From assembly GCA_951406725.2 (NCBI GenBank), contig OX597816.1:29450001-29514000 (forward strand): a stretch of DNA of 64,000 nt, given 5' to 3'. Of this stretch, positions 12,950 through 27,736 are shown in pieces. Origin of the DNA: Octopus vulgaris (Eukaryota). Each line of letters begins with the position of its first letter. The stretch's first letter is position 1. The position numbers and the translations under genes were made by a program. The notes under the pieces are model-generated. The model was given only the letters and a program-made list of their open reading frames with translations, was not told the origin of the DNA and made no database searches.

Positions 12950-13380
12950 ACATTCGATACAAATTGTATCGACTAGTAAGTGGCACTTTCATGTCGATAA
13001 AGCCACACTAGATCCGTTAGTCAATTCCTAGTGGTTAATGAACAAGTTTAAATACCGTAATGAACGAGATATGCCTTAGCCTTTTATGACGAGAATATCT
13101 TCAATTTAGACCGAAAGTCTAAGAGAGATGAGAAATGATTATGCGTAGATCTTTCTGATGTCCACAGGTGATGCACAGTGAGTTCCCAGCATCTGTAATT
13201 GTTTTAGAAGTGACATCTCACATTTTCCACAGTCTTAGAATTAATACTATTGAATACATTGAGGTTCTTGAGACAGTTGATAAGAATTCAATGAGTGAAG
13301 TACGCAGTGGGGCCCCATAACCCAAGAATCAATGTCAAATATTCTTTACAATCATGTACTACTGCTAGTCTCCAAATACG
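12950..13380 (+). pseudogene. Decayed Tc1/mariner-superfamily (maT/DD37D-like) transposase fragment
   Basis: Patchy translation FYDENIF, VMHSEFPASVIVL, LRINTIEYIEVLETVDK across frameshifts. Confidence 0.5.
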
Positions 13381-14340
13381 CCAAATTTAAATGTAGTTCT
13401 AAGTACTGCCGTGACCTACTTCGATGGCAGACTTAAACGATGGAGCGGTTAAACACCACCACCTGGCATCATTGTTATCGTTAGACGAGGTCATTCTCTA
13501 CCAATCATTCGAACCAGGATTCTCATTAGAAGATACATTCCTCACACCCTCTGATTAACCTTTCAGGCTGTTAAGTATAAAAAAATTCTACTTTTCTGAA
13601 AATGAAATAAAGACAATCTTAAAGCGCGAAATTTCTAGCAACTCAATTGCTTCGTATCATCAATATAATATATATATATATATAGTTATTAATGAAGGTT
13701 TATCAATCCGAGCAGAATACTTCATAATCTCTCTGTAATACAAATTCGCCGGACTAATAACATTTTTTGGAATAGTATAGAAATTTGCATATGCTTATGG
13801 CAGGATCCGTGGTCATAGTTTCACCCCCATTGTAAATCTATTGTTGCATTTCCAGTTCAGCTAGTTTTCTTTTTACACATACAAGACAGAACATTAAAAA
13901 AAAACTTTACATGTTCTTTATTCTTGCAAATTCAACTTACAGGTGACTTCTAATAGGCTTTATAGGTTCGTTCAGCGATTTGTATACTCATTTTATCCAT
14001 TGATCGGCTGAGAAAAGCAGAATGACATTAAAAAAAACTAATGCTACCTTCGTCAGAGTCGTCGTTTCCAACGATATGTTTGGTGAAAACAAAGTAGAAT
14101 AACGATAAATGAATGATATAAGTATGGGAAGTGAGTTAAAGAAGGTAAGAGGTTTAAGATAAGTGAAAGAAAGAGAAAGAGGAATAGAAATGGTAAACAG
14201 GAAAAGAAGAGCAAATGGAAACAGAAAGAAATAGGGGAGAGAGATATGTGATGGGAAGAAGAGAGAGGGAAGAAAACTAGAAACGATGGTGGGAACAATA
14301 ATAAAATTTGGTGGTCTTAGTGTCTGTAATTAGGTTGCCA

Positions 14341-14779
14341 GAGATCTTTTCGCTTTGAACGGCAGTTTTTTCTAGCGGTGTCATATGAAATTGTCACCCA
14401 CAATTATGACCCTAGTATCGATCTATTGCATTTCAATCTCTTTTAGGGTCAGGGTTAGTTAGGGCTAGGGTTAGGGTTGGGGTGGGGGAGGGGTATCTTT
14501 TTTTCTTCACAAATGTAAATAAACCTAATCTGTTTCTTAAACGAGGGACGTATTCATACGGCACAGAATGCTTTTTAACTCAATAGACGTCACTGATTGG
14601 TTGAAATTGCAGAAATTAAAGAAAAAACAACAACAAATATCTTACAAACTATAGAATTTTCTCAATAAAGCCAAGAGAAAAAGATGTTTTATGAACACAT
14701 TCTACCATTATACGAACTTTAAAATTTTTTAGTTACCTAGAAATTATGTTAAAAACTGCCGTTCAAACTTAAAAGATCC
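14341..14779. mobile_element. MITE with ~28-bp TIRs and an 8-bp target duplication (GGTTGCCA), containing TTAGGG-like repeats
   Basis: Left GATCTTTTCGCTTTGAACGGCAGTTTTT, right AAAAACTGCCGTTCAAACTTAAAAGATC. GGTTGCCA at 14333-14340 and 14780-14787. Confidence 0.88.
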
Positions 14780-15379
14780 GGTTGCCACTCTCAAAACATT
14801 GTTGTTGTCTGTCCATGTCACATTATCTGGAAAGTGTTTTGAAACTTGATTTTAGGCAATAGCTCCAGTAGTCAGCTTAGATCTTTAATTCTCGGTTGTT
14901 TACTACATCACCTGTTGGAATGTTTGTTATTGTTTGAAGTGAATTGTATCAGAAAGATAGAAGGATAAAAGCGATGACAGAAAACAACAGCAACCATAAA
15001 ATGATTGGAAGGTAGAAATGTTACACCGTAATGCAAGTTAGCTCTGGTAAATATGGGCATCAGATATAAGGAATACACTGAGATGAAATAAATAAAGAGA
15101 TAAAAAAACCTTGCAATTAGCATCTTTCACCCCATTCAATTATGACAAAATGGGAGAAAATGCATAGTTCACAGAGCGTAAATGGTTAAAGTTATAAAAA
15201 GTCCTTAATGTGTTGTTGGAATGTTTATAAACTTAATAAGTAATTCGAATAAGAGTGTAAGAAATAAAAGTAAAGGAATAAACGGTTGAAAATTTAAAAA
15301 AGGAAAAATGAATTACAGATAAAAGGAAAACAATAGGTTAACACATAACACTCTTATCATGACTCTGAATAATAGTAAT

Positions 15380-15824
15380 CTTTTCTACTCTAAGGACAAG
15401 GCCCAAAATATTGGGGGAAGAGATAAGTCGATGAGATCGACCTCAGTACGCAACTAGTACTTAATTTACCGACCTCGAAAGGATGAAAGGAAAAGTCGGC
15501 CTCGGCGGAATTCGAACTTAGAACGTAAAGACAAACGAAATACCGCTAAGCATTTCGCCCGGCTTGTTAACGTTTCTGCCAGCTAGCCGCCTTATTTGAA
15601 AATAGTATTCTTCGTTACTCTAGGCACAAGGTCTCACATTTTGGAGGAGTAGGCCAGTCGATTCAATCGACCCCAGTACGCAACAGGTACTTAATTTATC
15701 GACCCTGAAATGATGAATGCCAAAATCGACCTCGGTGGAATTTGAACTCAGAACGTAAAGACAAACGAAACACTGATAAGCATTTCACCCGCCTTGCGAA
15801 CATTTCTGCCAGCTCGCTGCCTTG
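15380..15824 (-). mobile_element. Two tandem copies of SINE family B (CORE-like tRNA-derived SINE)
   Basis: 15380-15593 and 15610-15824 are diverged copies of each other and of the reverse complement of 28812-29050. They carry the B-box-like GAGTTCAAATTCC. Confidence 0.85.
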
Positions 15825-15840
15825 AAATCAATATTAATTA

Positions 15841-17440
15841 CTAGCATAAATGCCCGGTGTTGCCCAGGTTAAAGAAAATATTGAAATTTTAAGATAGATT
15901 TTAGATCTCTAACATGAAACATAGACTACGCTGTTTTTACCTCCTAGTAGCTGATATGCCAAATTTATACCTGAATAACCCGATATTTACCAGTTTTTGA
16001 ATATGATGAAATTTAAGTAAGCCTTTTAAATCTCTAAGTAAAATGAAACATGGATCATGGATGGAAGCACGCCGTCGGTTACGACGACGAGGGTTCTGGT
16101 TGATCCGAATCAATGGAACAGCCTGCTCGTGAAATTAACGTGTAAGTGGCTGAGCACTCCACAGACACGTGTACCCTTAACGTAGTTCTCGGGGATATTC
16201 AGCGTGACACAGAGAGTGACAAGGCCGGTCCTTTGAAATACAGGTACAACAGAAACAGGAAGTAAGAGTAAGAGAAAGTTGTGGTGAAAGAGTACAGCAG
16301 GGATCACCACCATCCCCTGCCGGAGACTCGTGGAGCTTTAGGTGTTTTCGCTCAATAAACACTCACAACGCCCGGTCTGGGAATCGAAACCGCGATCCTA
16401 TGACCGCAAGTCCGCTGCCCAAACCACTGGACCATTGCGCCTCCACAAAACATGGATCATACAGTTCTCAACAATAATTAGCTGAAGTACAAACTTTTAA
16501 TGTCAATAACATGTTTTATCCGATGTTCTTACTGTTAAAATTGTTTTAAAAAAACAGGTAGTTCTTTGTCTTCATAATCACCTTCAATTATCAGTACTTG
16601 TTTTAAACACGTTGAAATTGAAAATGCATACATTTGAGCAGAACCGGCCTGCGGGCGCTCCCGTCCTATTAATAAGTACATCTAACAAAAAATTATCAGA
16701 TGATGTGAGTATAAATAATTGTATTGAAAGAAATCTGGAAATCAATCACAGTTTATCTAGAGCTCCTAGTTATACGATATTTTGAGTGTGTCCTTTAATT
16801 GGTGCATAAATGAACAGATTTTGGAGACTTTCAACTCGCGAACATCCTACATGTAATTGCCCATGAGAGAAGCAAGGTGAAGTCCCACAATTTTGAGAGA
16901 ATGTCCTTGACACTTGTTTAGTGACATAATGAAACTTTGTTTCACTGGGTACTGGAACTGCTTAAATTCAAAGGGGATGTCACATTGGATTAACAGGATC
17001 CGTGGAATGAAGACATCCTCACCTTTATACTTCCCTGTCATAATTGTTGCCTCTAGAGCATGGGGTCGCATCGCTTTGATCACCAGTCTGGTGTCATTGC
17101 ACAGACGAAGAGGATCCAGATTCCTGAGCAGCATGATTGGGGACCCCTTTAAAAGAGTTAAATGGTGAGCTAGGATCTCAGATGGCTGTAGAGAGTTCAG
17201 GAACACAGCTGGAAAAACCACAGCCTGGTCGTGATCAATGATAGTGTCGAGGGATTTTAAAGAATGTTCTTGTCCGGGCAACAGCTGCAAGTGATCAGAG
17301 TTAATTTTGTTGACAGTATCATTATGGCACAGTCACAGAGCCATTGACTGTTGCTAAAGTTTTGTGCAATGCTTGGGAGTACATGCATTATGAGAGCATT
17401 GACTGTTGGTACCTTCTCACCAGCTGGTTTTAACTGCTAT
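15841..17440 (-). mobile_element. Helitron remnant: Pif1-like helicase C-terminal fragment plus 3' terminus (hairpin + CTAG)
   Basis: ORF 16847..17290 has PIMLLRNLDP.RLCN.TRL, G..VFIPRI, QYPV..SF.M..NK.QG.SL..VGL. The minus strand ends CCTGGGCAACACCGGG-N-CTAG|T at 15841. Confidence 0.85.
16059..16447 (-). mobile_element. Full-length tRNA-derived SINE family C with 13-bp TSD, nested in the Helitron
   Basis: Head GGAGGCGCAATGGTCCAGTGG...GGTTTCGATTCCC (A/B boxes). AAACATGGATCAT at 16046-16058 and 16448-16460. Confidence 0.9.
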
Positions 17441-17559
17441 TTCTAAATTTCGGTATGTGGCGAAACAAATTTTTTGCTAATTATAATTATATTTATAATT
17501 ATAACATTTTTTATATAATTTTCTCTCTCTATATATATATATGTATATATTATACACAC

Positions 17560-17732
17560 AACGTGCTTCTTTCAGCTACCGTCTACCAAATCCACTCAGA
17601 AGATTTGATTGGCCTGAGACTATAGTAGAAGTCACTTGCCCAAGGTGCCACGCAGTTGGACTGAACCCGGAACTGAACCCGGCACAATTTGGTTAAGCAA
17701 GCTTCTTACCACACAGCTACGCCTGCGCCTGT
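17560..17732 (-). mobile_element. SINE family A, 5' half
   Basis: Matches 28010-28176. Confidence 0.8.
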
Positions 17733-18320
17733 AAAATAATATATATGGTAAAATATCGTTTTAATTTCTCTGAGGTTGTAGTATTCGGAGATTTCGGAGA
17801 AAAACGTGAATTGTTTTAATACATTTTTTAGTATGTTTAGTGTAAGATTATACTAGTCTACTTGAACCAGTCTCGGTTGCGTTATCCTCCGTGATTTCCT
17901 ATAGGATATATTTAATATATAACAATTATTTATTTGCACTATAAAAAGCAAAATCTGAAACGATGTCTCTCGCATTTATTCATAATTATTTCCAACATAC
18001 TCGAACGCCAATAATCTAATCGATGTCGTATAAGTCACAGACGAACAACTTCTGCTTTTTAATACGAAAATGTGTTCATAACAAGCTCGATGCATCGTGT
18101 CTAAATAAAAGCTTGTCAATTTTGCGTATAAGTTCAGCGAATAAAATGTTTTCGGATCACTGCTAATATCTGTCAACCAATAAAGCATATTTATTCTTAA
18201 TACCCTCCGACAGATTCAAACATATATATGTTAATCGTTGCTATATTATTTTACAGGGCGATTCATTTTTACGATGAAAAGCTGTTCAATGAATATTCAG
18301 CTCATTGGTGCAAAAGATTA

Positions 18321-18396
<76 letters not shown>

Positions 18397-21300
18397 CTAC
18401 CGTATACATAATTCTTCACAACCACGTAGTCGCGATGTATTTGTATTCGAGTTATTAAGTTATTTTATCTGGAATATAAATAATTACACTCCAAACAGTC
18501 GAACGAGCATTTTAAAGCAACGTCCAGTATTTCTCTTCCTGTATCAGTATTGTAATAGATGACCACCCGGGGGTAAATTAAACGGTGGGAACTTCTGCTT
18601 TTACAACAAAGCTTAAGTGAAGAGTAACATATTTAATGATGTGACACGGAAATATGTTTATTAAAATTGCACCTTCAATTAAGAGAAAGACTATTAATTT
18701 TGGTTATTTGATCTGATTAAGGACGTCAGGGTTGACATTTCCTACATCTGAATATTGATTAGTGTTTGTGAATGCACAAAATGAGACTACCTCTATAATG
18801 CATGCACTAGCATCCAGTATTTCATTAATATGCATTTATAGAATCCTATCCCTTTTACGCCATTGTTCTTTAGCAAACTCGATACTAAAGCTAAAATTTT
18901 TTCTGTTAATTATTGGTTAAATTTTAATTTTAATTTATTAAACGTTGTTTTGGCTCCCTTTATTATGTATCTCAGTCCCTAACTGTAATCGATATGTGAG
19001 AGAAGTTGACAGATTCGCAAGCACGGATACCACTGATTGTCGATCAATAGGTGGAAGTTATTGACTATTTCCTCATAGTAGCAACACTGACGGTCGATCG
19101 AATCTCACCTATATTTTCACAATACTTTTAAAAAATATCTCTCAATATAACAAACTAAATAAACACTTTTCCGTTATTATTGATGTTCAGTCTCACTTAC
19201 AACGATCGAACAAATCAATCGTAAAGGGTATTTTATTCGAGACTATTCTAGAGGTATAGGGGTTTGGAAAAGTACATTCGTGGACGTTTCATTTTTTTTT
19301 TAATTTAAGAGAATACAGGGGATTATGTGATGGAAATTTGGCTGTTACTTTCTAAACACAGACTGATACACACAGCTCAAAATACAGATGCTTCTGAGGC
19401 GGCATCGATTATTTATCCTGTCGCTCATTCAGTTTTTCAACCTTAGGGAATCGTTTGCAACCTCGTTATGAGCTCGTGTTTATATATTGTGCCAAGTATG
19501 TTGTAATATGCATTGTTGTTTTCCGACCACACCTGATATATCGTTATTGTCACGAAATAATAAATTTTTAAACTATCACTAAACTACATACGAACTTTTT
19601 GTAATATAAAGAGAAAACAGTTAATAGACTATTATTATGCTGAGTAAGTATTTATCTATAAAACTCGTCTATTGTATGCCTGCCTTTTTCCAAAGGCAAA
19701 ATGTTCTGATACAGCTTTTTATTTTCTAAATAAAAGAAATGATCAATATTTTAGAAGTTGGTTTGTTATTTTTTTGCTTTTTTCTCTTCATCAAATGTTG
19801 TCTTATATAATTTAATGATTCCTTGTATTGGCAAAAACACACAATTATAGGGAAATGTAAAATTGATTGAATAATCGAAAGTTATACATGATTGATACTT
19901 ACTGTATCGACTCTGGAGCAATTTCACGTTAGGCTATGAAGCATTATTGTTTGCTGCTGTTGCCGTCGCTTTTGTTGTCATCATATATCTTTGTGACAAT
20001 TCTGATTTATCGGAATCATTACTAAAGTCTTTCCAACCACGACCATTCCTGTCTTTCAAGTTTAGTATGTCTAAGCCTACATTATGGAATATTATTAAGA
20101 CGAAGTAGTTTATCTTGGATAGTTTACGCATATAATTCTAATAAGAAATTGAATTAGATGACTCGACGTTGGCTTGTAAAGGATATCACCTACGTAACCA
20201 AGTCTACATAGAATCTAACTCATATAAACATGTTGTGGAAGATGCAGCGTAAAGGCTTTCGATTCCTCGGGAGTGCTGTGTACATCAAATTGGCAGAAGC
20301 GTTAGAGTTTCGAGTGAAATGGGATGCGGGATTTTCTCTGGGTTTTTGAGTTTCGGCTTAAATTCTAGACGAGGATAAAATAATATTTTCAAATCCTTGT
20401 GTGAATGCATAAATGGCGCAGTTGTTTGTAAACTGGTGGAATACTTATGTGAGACCTAAGATGCTTTGTGTTATTGCATTCGAATATTTGAGTTTTGAAT
20501 TCAAATCAGTCTGTGGCCTACTCACCCATTAGGTTTAATAATATCTAAACTTGGCACCTCAACCTAGACTGCCTGTAGCTGAATCTACTCATTTTAAGAG
20601 AAATTGCACTAAGTTTACGGTTTGAGAATACCTTACATCCTCTTGCCTGTTTTAAAGAGTTGTAAGGTATCATGAGTTCATTTATCTAAGAGGTATCAAA
20701 TTGTTTTCACTTAATTATATATGACTGGCACTGAATTGACAATATCGGTTCCTTCTGTGTGTAAGTTGAGTATAGTATCGGCATATTCTGATAAAAGGTA
20801 AATCATATTTTGGTAAAATAAACTAATCTTGTATACACAAGCTTAGTTACTAAATCTATAATCAACCATTATCAATGAAATGCACATGATATGCAAAGAA
20901 TCAAATACTGTTTCATAACATGTGGTGGGGGAAAAGATTGAGGAAGTGTAAGCAAACGGAACTGAAGACAAGAACATTCAGGTGCTTTCGAAGGAGATCG
21001 CCATACTTGTAAACCTAAGATTATTAGGTTTAAATTTACTATTAGTACTTCTCGTGGAATAGAATGTGCATAGGAAAGGCAGTATGAAAAGAATACAGAA
21101 AAAGGAACGTTATAAATATTCAAAACGCTGTAAATCATGTGAATCATGCAATGCAGATGGCAGCATTAACAGTGGAATATTTTGAATTATATCTACATCT
21201 TTAATGCCCTTCACCATGAAGGGAGATTAATAGAACAGTGGCTTATGGAGGAAGAGAGAAGATTTCATTATGACGAAGTAAACAATAGGCAACTAATAAA

Positions 21301-23174
21301 CACTGTTTGAACACTGTTGGGTTTGGATTGCAGCTGCACACATTTAATGGAGTGGATTCTTGGATAACGATAGTAGGGAAAATCATGATCCAATACACGA
21401 TAAGAGAAAGCGAAATGCCACGCAACAGTGGTGTGTAGCCTGCTCCAAATGTATTTTCAGATGTCGTCAAAAATGAAGATAGCTTCAGTTGACAGGTGAT
21501 GACTGGAATAGTTGTTAGCGAAAGTTTTATGGCTGAATATGTGGGGTCGAGAGTTAGTGCGATGTATTTATGAAAATGGGTGTAGGTGTGTGCTTGTATG
21601 TGTGAGATTGTGCGTGTTTTCTTGATGTGTGTGTGTGTAAACTTGTGGCTGAGAAAGATTATGTGTATGAATGCATATGTATACTGGTTTGTGCGCATCT
21701 GGTCTGTATATGCGTGTGTGTCTAGCGAACATTTATGCGTGTGTGAATATGAAGTAATGAAAGCGAGAATATGACATTGGAGAATTTCCTAATGAAATAA
21801 TAATGAATGTATACTTATATACATCATTTTATCGCTCCATATTTTGTATGTTGATAATTGTGGATTATTAATGATGGTGCCTGTAATATTCTGTATGTGT
21901 CTGTTTGCCGAGTAAAATTATGAGTACTTCGCCTGACAACATTGAATTTTAATTTAGGTTTCCTGTATTTTGAATCTAAAATCATGTCAATTCTAATTGC
22001 AAAAAGAAAAACTTCCAATATTTCAAATTTGATGCACATATTGTAACTAATTTTAATAGCTTCCGTTCTAGATTTATGCTTTTAATCTGATAGTGGTTTT
22101 CGCTGACATGTCACTGCTGAACTGCTATTAATTTCAATTATAATTTAAACTTTTTTATATTGATAGTCTTCTATACCTTCGAACTCTAAGCTAATTTTCT
22201 GCATGCAAAAGTAATTTGCATAATACAGAAAAATCACTAGATCAGCAGTGGTTGGGTGGGTAATCATGGAACACCAATGCTGTTGAATCTTTAAATTATA
22301 TTCAGCAACTGACTGCAATGTGCTGACCTCTGCATTGAAATCATATTCTTCATTTGCAATTGTTCCCCAAACGAACATGCAAGTAAATATAAAATGTTGC
22401 TGGAAATATGTATCGAAGTTAATCAGTAACAAATTTCTATATTAGAGTGCAATGAGTAAATTAAATGTCTTCTGTATATTAAATGATATTTGTTATTGAA
22501 TATGCAACTGGAAATCACTAACTTATGAGAATATTTAATTAGATGCATCATCTATACTGGAGTAAATATGTTCTAAGCTAAATAAATGTGACATGGGTTA
22601 TATAATGTTAATTATAAAATCTTTGATATGATACCACTTCGTAATTTCTGAACGTTCTTCATTTTGTTAGACACTTGTAATATTTAAAATCCTCGAGTAT
22701 AGTGTCCCTTCAGTATATATTACTCAGAGGAGTTTTAGGGGCCTGTACCTCTGAAAAACCTAAACCTAGTGAATATTACGTACCCCTACTCTAGCTCGTG
22801 TCAAGGAGCTCTATATAACGTCCTTGATTTGTAAAACTGTATACGGTAACGTGCTTTATTATTGAATATATAACATAATGCAAGTGTGTAGCTCTTTTTG
22901 TGCATTTTGTTTGCAGAAAATAAAGAAATAACAGCAGTAACAGAAATAACGTTTAATAAATGTTGCTTACTGCAAGTTATGGATGATTCTTTTATGAATT
23001 CATTGCATGTGCGTCTGAATAAACAGAGCCAGACAGCAAATAGAGACTCAGACATTGCTTAGAAAATAATTTTCATTTTTCATCTCGTATATAGTACGCA
23101 CTAGGGATTTTGACCGTTAAATTTTAGGAAAAAATGCGGATTATTCTCGAGGATTTACGGTAGATGAAAATTGT

Positions 23175-23370
23175 GAGCTGGCAGAATCTTTAAGACACTA
23201 GACAAAATACTTTGCGGCAGGTCACCAGTCTTTACTCTCTGAGTTTAAGTTCTGATGAGGTCGACTTTTTCGTTCATTCTTTCATGGTCTGTAAAATAAG
23301 TGGAAGTTGTCGATGTAATTACCTTCCCCCTCCTCCAAAGTTTCTGGGATTGCGTCAAAATTTGAAAGCA
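23175..23370 (+). mobile_element. Diverged SINE family B copy
   Basis: GAGCTGGCAGAA...GAGGTCGACTTT...TCGATGTAAT as in 28812-29050. Confidence 0.65.
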
Positions 23371-24219
23371 ATGCTATAAAATGTTGTTAATGGTTGACAG
23401 TGACGTTGAGGGACTGTAGAAGTTTGATTGAATAGTTATTACACAGCAGAGGATCAAATAAAGACTAATGGATATTTTTCAAGTGTTCGTTTGTCAAATC
23501 AACAACTAAGGATCACTTTATATACAAAATATTTGCAACTCTATTTGGAATCACGTACATTACAAAATATTTCTAATCTTAGATTGCTATAATTCTAAAA
23601 ATATCCGCAAATTTCAAAATAATTACATTATAACTTCTAATTCAAAGACAAGGACAGGAAATCATAGCAAAGAATTGAGCTATTAAATAGAGTCCCATTA
23701 TTTATTTGATTCTTTAGTTAATCGACTCAGATGATTGAAAGACAAAGTTAACCTGGTTGAAATTAGAACTTAGAGCGTAAAGATCCGGAGGATTTTACGA
23801 AGAATTTGCTAAACCTTCGCCTTGACAGATTCGAAACAGTATCAGTGATATATAGACAGAATTACCTGATAGTATTCTGTATGAATGATAATCATATAAT
23901 TATAAAGAATGAGTGAAAATTGTCATATATGTCATACTGTATAACATTAATATAGGAAAGTATATAAACTAAATATAATTGTGAATGGCTGCATGAAGAA
24001 TCGGTTTCGGTTTACTGGGCTTTACAGTCAAAATTGTTAGAAACATTGGCTTGGAGTTTTGATATAAGAACATGATCACGCGAAGAAACAAAATTATAGA
24101 GGCATGGAATTAATAGCTATAACATATTGATAGAAACTAAGAGATAGTCATTAACACTTTTATGTGTCACTTGGAAAAATACTGAAAGTGTGCCTTCATA
24201 TATCCTTAAAGATGCACAT

Positions 24220-24600
24220 TGGCGTAGAAGTGGCTGTGTGGTGAGTAGCTTCTTTACGAACCACATGGTTCCGCGTCGGGCAAGTGTCTTCTACTATAGC
24301 CTCGGGTAAACCAAAGCCTTGTGAGTGGATTTGGTAGATGGAAACTGAAAGAAGCCCGTCGTATATATGTGTCTATGTGTGTGTGTATATTTTTGTGTGT
24401 CTAAGTCTGTCCCCCCCCAACTTCGCTTGACAACCGATGCTGGGGTGTTTACGTCACCGTAACTTAGCTGTTCAGCAAAAGAGTCCGGTAGAATAAGTAC
24501 TAGGCTTACAACAAATAAGTCCTGGGTCAATTTGCTTGGATAAAGGCGGTGTTCCAGCATGGCCGCACTGAAATGACTGAAACAAGTAAAAAAGAGAAAA
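24220..24600 (+). mobile_element. SINE family A (tRNA-derived, CR1-group-like tail)
   Basis: Head GGCGTAG.AGTGGCTGTGTGG, internal (TA)(TG) tract, tail CAGCATGGCC..AAATGACTGAAACAAGTAAAA. Confidence 0.85.
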
Positions 24601-25632
24601 AAATGAGTATAACTGAAAATAATTTGTCTTTCATTGCAGTTATCATATTTCATATATTTATCACCCATAATGAGCATAAACTCATTAATACTTTGTATGA
24701 TGATTACCTTAATTGTAACTGTCTTTCTTTCATCTCCAATGGGATGTTGGCCTGTAGATCCTATTGAGAGTTTGACATTCCTGAATGCTTTTTAATTTTA
24801 TAGGGTATATGTGGGGCAATCAGTTGAGGTGGATTTAAAAACTGCAATGTGAGACGAACAAGGAAAGCATGTTGTATTGTACGTACACAAAACACCTAAA
24901 GAATAAGCGATAGCTCGAACTCATTGTTATTTCGCTAATGGTTTTAGATCCCCAGGTAATCGTAACACAGAGAAATGAAGCGTGCGAGAAATAAAGCTTG
25001 GTGTGTTGCTTATTGGAGTTATGAAAGGAAGTTTCTTGCTCAAGGACTCCATGATGCTCCACTCTGAACAAGAAATAGACCCATGGTCTTATGATTGTGA
25101 GACTGACACTTTAACCATTTGGTAAAATGGAAACACAAAGAACGTTTTCAGAATATATGATATAACAAAACAATGATTTTGTTATAGCGTATGTATTATA
25201 TCTCTAGAATATTAACCATAAAAATAGTAGTAATAAACTGTTTTGCACAATATAGATTTATAACTGATATTCCAGCTATAATTCCACCTTTTTTAACAAT
25301 ACGCATCTCGAATCCCAACAACAAGGTCGTTATCCGAGAATCTCATACGATGTGTTAATGGTCATTAATATTTCAAATGTCTATATATTCTGTGTAATGC
25401 ATGCAAAAATTAACAAATAAAAAGATATCATACTGTGTACTTGATACGGACAAATGATTTCGTTTGAAAATTTATCTGTGCGTTTGGATGTATGCGAACG
25501 AAAGATAGATATGCAAGAATACATACATACATACACACGTGTATGTTGGTATCTCCCCGTCCCCCTTTCCACCCTTCTCTCTCTCTTTCTATATATGTGT
25601 GTGTATACACAACCGTACATGAATATTATTAC

Positions 25633-25671
<39 letters not shown>

Positions 25672-25795
25672 CGTGTGTGTGTGCGTGTGTGTGTGCGTGT
25701 GTGTGTGTGTACACTCACACAAACACACATGTATTTATTTCCACAAACGTACACCTATGCATAAATATATAAATACTTATATACATATACATATG

Positions 25796-25873
<78 letters not shown>

Positions 25874-26823
25874 TATATGAGACGCATGATTAAAGAAAGA
25901 TAAATAGAACTGATATTGCAGGAATTGCATTTGTATAGGTAGAGTCTTTCGAGCGTCGTATTGAAATTTTCGTGGTATATTTTCGGAAACCGTTCGTTCT
26001 AAGTTCAAATCTTACCGCTGCTTCCTTCGTCCCACCTCGTTTCCTCATTGATTAAATAACACCAACCTCGGTGTTCAAAGGTACAGGGCAAGAATTGACT
26101 ACAAGCCGGGGTGGAAGTTGAGGCCGGCTACTTTAATCACACTGCTTTAAGTAAATTCCCACCTCCAATTTGGTTGATATTTTTCGATATCTTATGAATA
26201 TTTTTATTTTTGGCCGAGGTACTGTGTTTTGTTTTCCTTTTATACAAAGTGTCGAATTTAGCCCTAACACCCTGTATACTTTATGAGAGGCTTCCGGAGA
26301 GAGCGACAGCCTAAGTTCTCACGACAGAATTGTCAGCCCGCGATTACGGTTGAAACCATTTATCTAGCTTGATGCACTTTGGGATCCAATCTACACCCAT
26401 CCACATAGCCGAGGACAAAGCAAATTTATTAACCACCCAACTATCAAAATACTGAAGCTGCGTTAAGGAAATGATGGTGTTTACCCCAAGTGAAAGCTGA
26501 TGGAGAAGGTATGTGATCGGAAGGAGACTACCTGCATTTTTATCGTAACTGTCTAACTATATAATCTACAACGTGTCCACAAATAATCCTTACAATATGA
26601 AGTTTGGAAGTGTTAAAGTTGTAAAGATAAATTATGGATGCTAGTATTATAATTTGGTATATTTGGTTTAAGGAAAATCTGGCTGGTATTTTTAGCAAAT
26701 CATAATAACTGATCTATTGTTAACTAGAGGCCAGGTATTCCGAGTTTGCGCAGGAAGTAACTCATAGTCACCAGAAATGCATTTAATATTCTTTATATCA
26801 AATCCGATATGTATCGACCCCAA

Positions 26824-26930
26824 ATCCTTTTGGGGTCGATAAATTAAGTACCAGTTGCGTCGTGGGGTTGATCGAATCGACTGGCCCCCTCTCCAAAAAT
26901 TTCGGGCCTGGTACCTAGAGTAAAAAAGTA
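26824..26930 (+). mobile_element. SINE family B 3' half
   Basis: GGGGTCGATAAATTAAGTACCAGTTGCGT...CCTAGAGTA. Confidence 0.75.
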
Positions 26931-27736
26931 TATCTTTTATATCAAATTTGTTCTGCCATCACATTATGTCGCTGTAACAGGCACGAAACTGAAGTGAATT
27001 TGGAGTCTTCATAACCGCCAGAAAAAATAAAGTGATTAGAATTAGACGTCTTGATAAAAGAAACCTCGTATACTATACGCTGTAATAGGATAGAATATAT
27101 AAACTACTTAATGTTCTCATCTGGTCGACTGGAGATCTGAAATTCCAGCCAAGATTACAATTTATTAAAATTCATGCTGAGTATCTTAATGGACCTTAGG
27201 CTAAAACCTAATGATGCAACAGCGTACAACTAAGGATTTCTCAATGGGAGACGCTTTGCAGTTGATCACTTGACCAGAGTGATGTAGCAGTTGAATATGC
27301 TGCAAAACATAGCCTACAGTCTCAATTTCGGTTATGTTATTTGTTGATGCATTCCAACAGGAAACCAGACACTAGTCACAGCTGGAATACTTTTGATACT
27401 GCGCTAATGAATGAGGTTTAACGAAGGGTTAATCAACAACAGCATGAATAACAAGCACCGTAAAAGTTTAAGAGGAATAATTTGTGGTAACATATTAGTG
27501 ACATAGTTTTTTGAAAGAGACAACCGACTGTTCAATATATATTTGTTTAGTTACAAAAGCAATGATATCGCGGGGAATTGGATTATTACAATTCTTAGGA
27601 ATTCCGTAGTGACGCCTCGTGATACGCAATACTTTCATCGAAATTTGTTTTAAGCTATTTCATCTCTTGGTGTTTTCTCTTGAGAAAGATCGACGGCATT
27701 GGGCAGGAGGACGTACCTCCATGGCAACTCACGATA

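Noticed and set aside
14443-14492. Interstitial telomere
   Set aside because: Short, degenerate and internal to a MITE.
16370-16446. tRNA gene
   Set aside because: It is the tRNA-derived head of a SINE with TSDs, with no complete cloverleaf.
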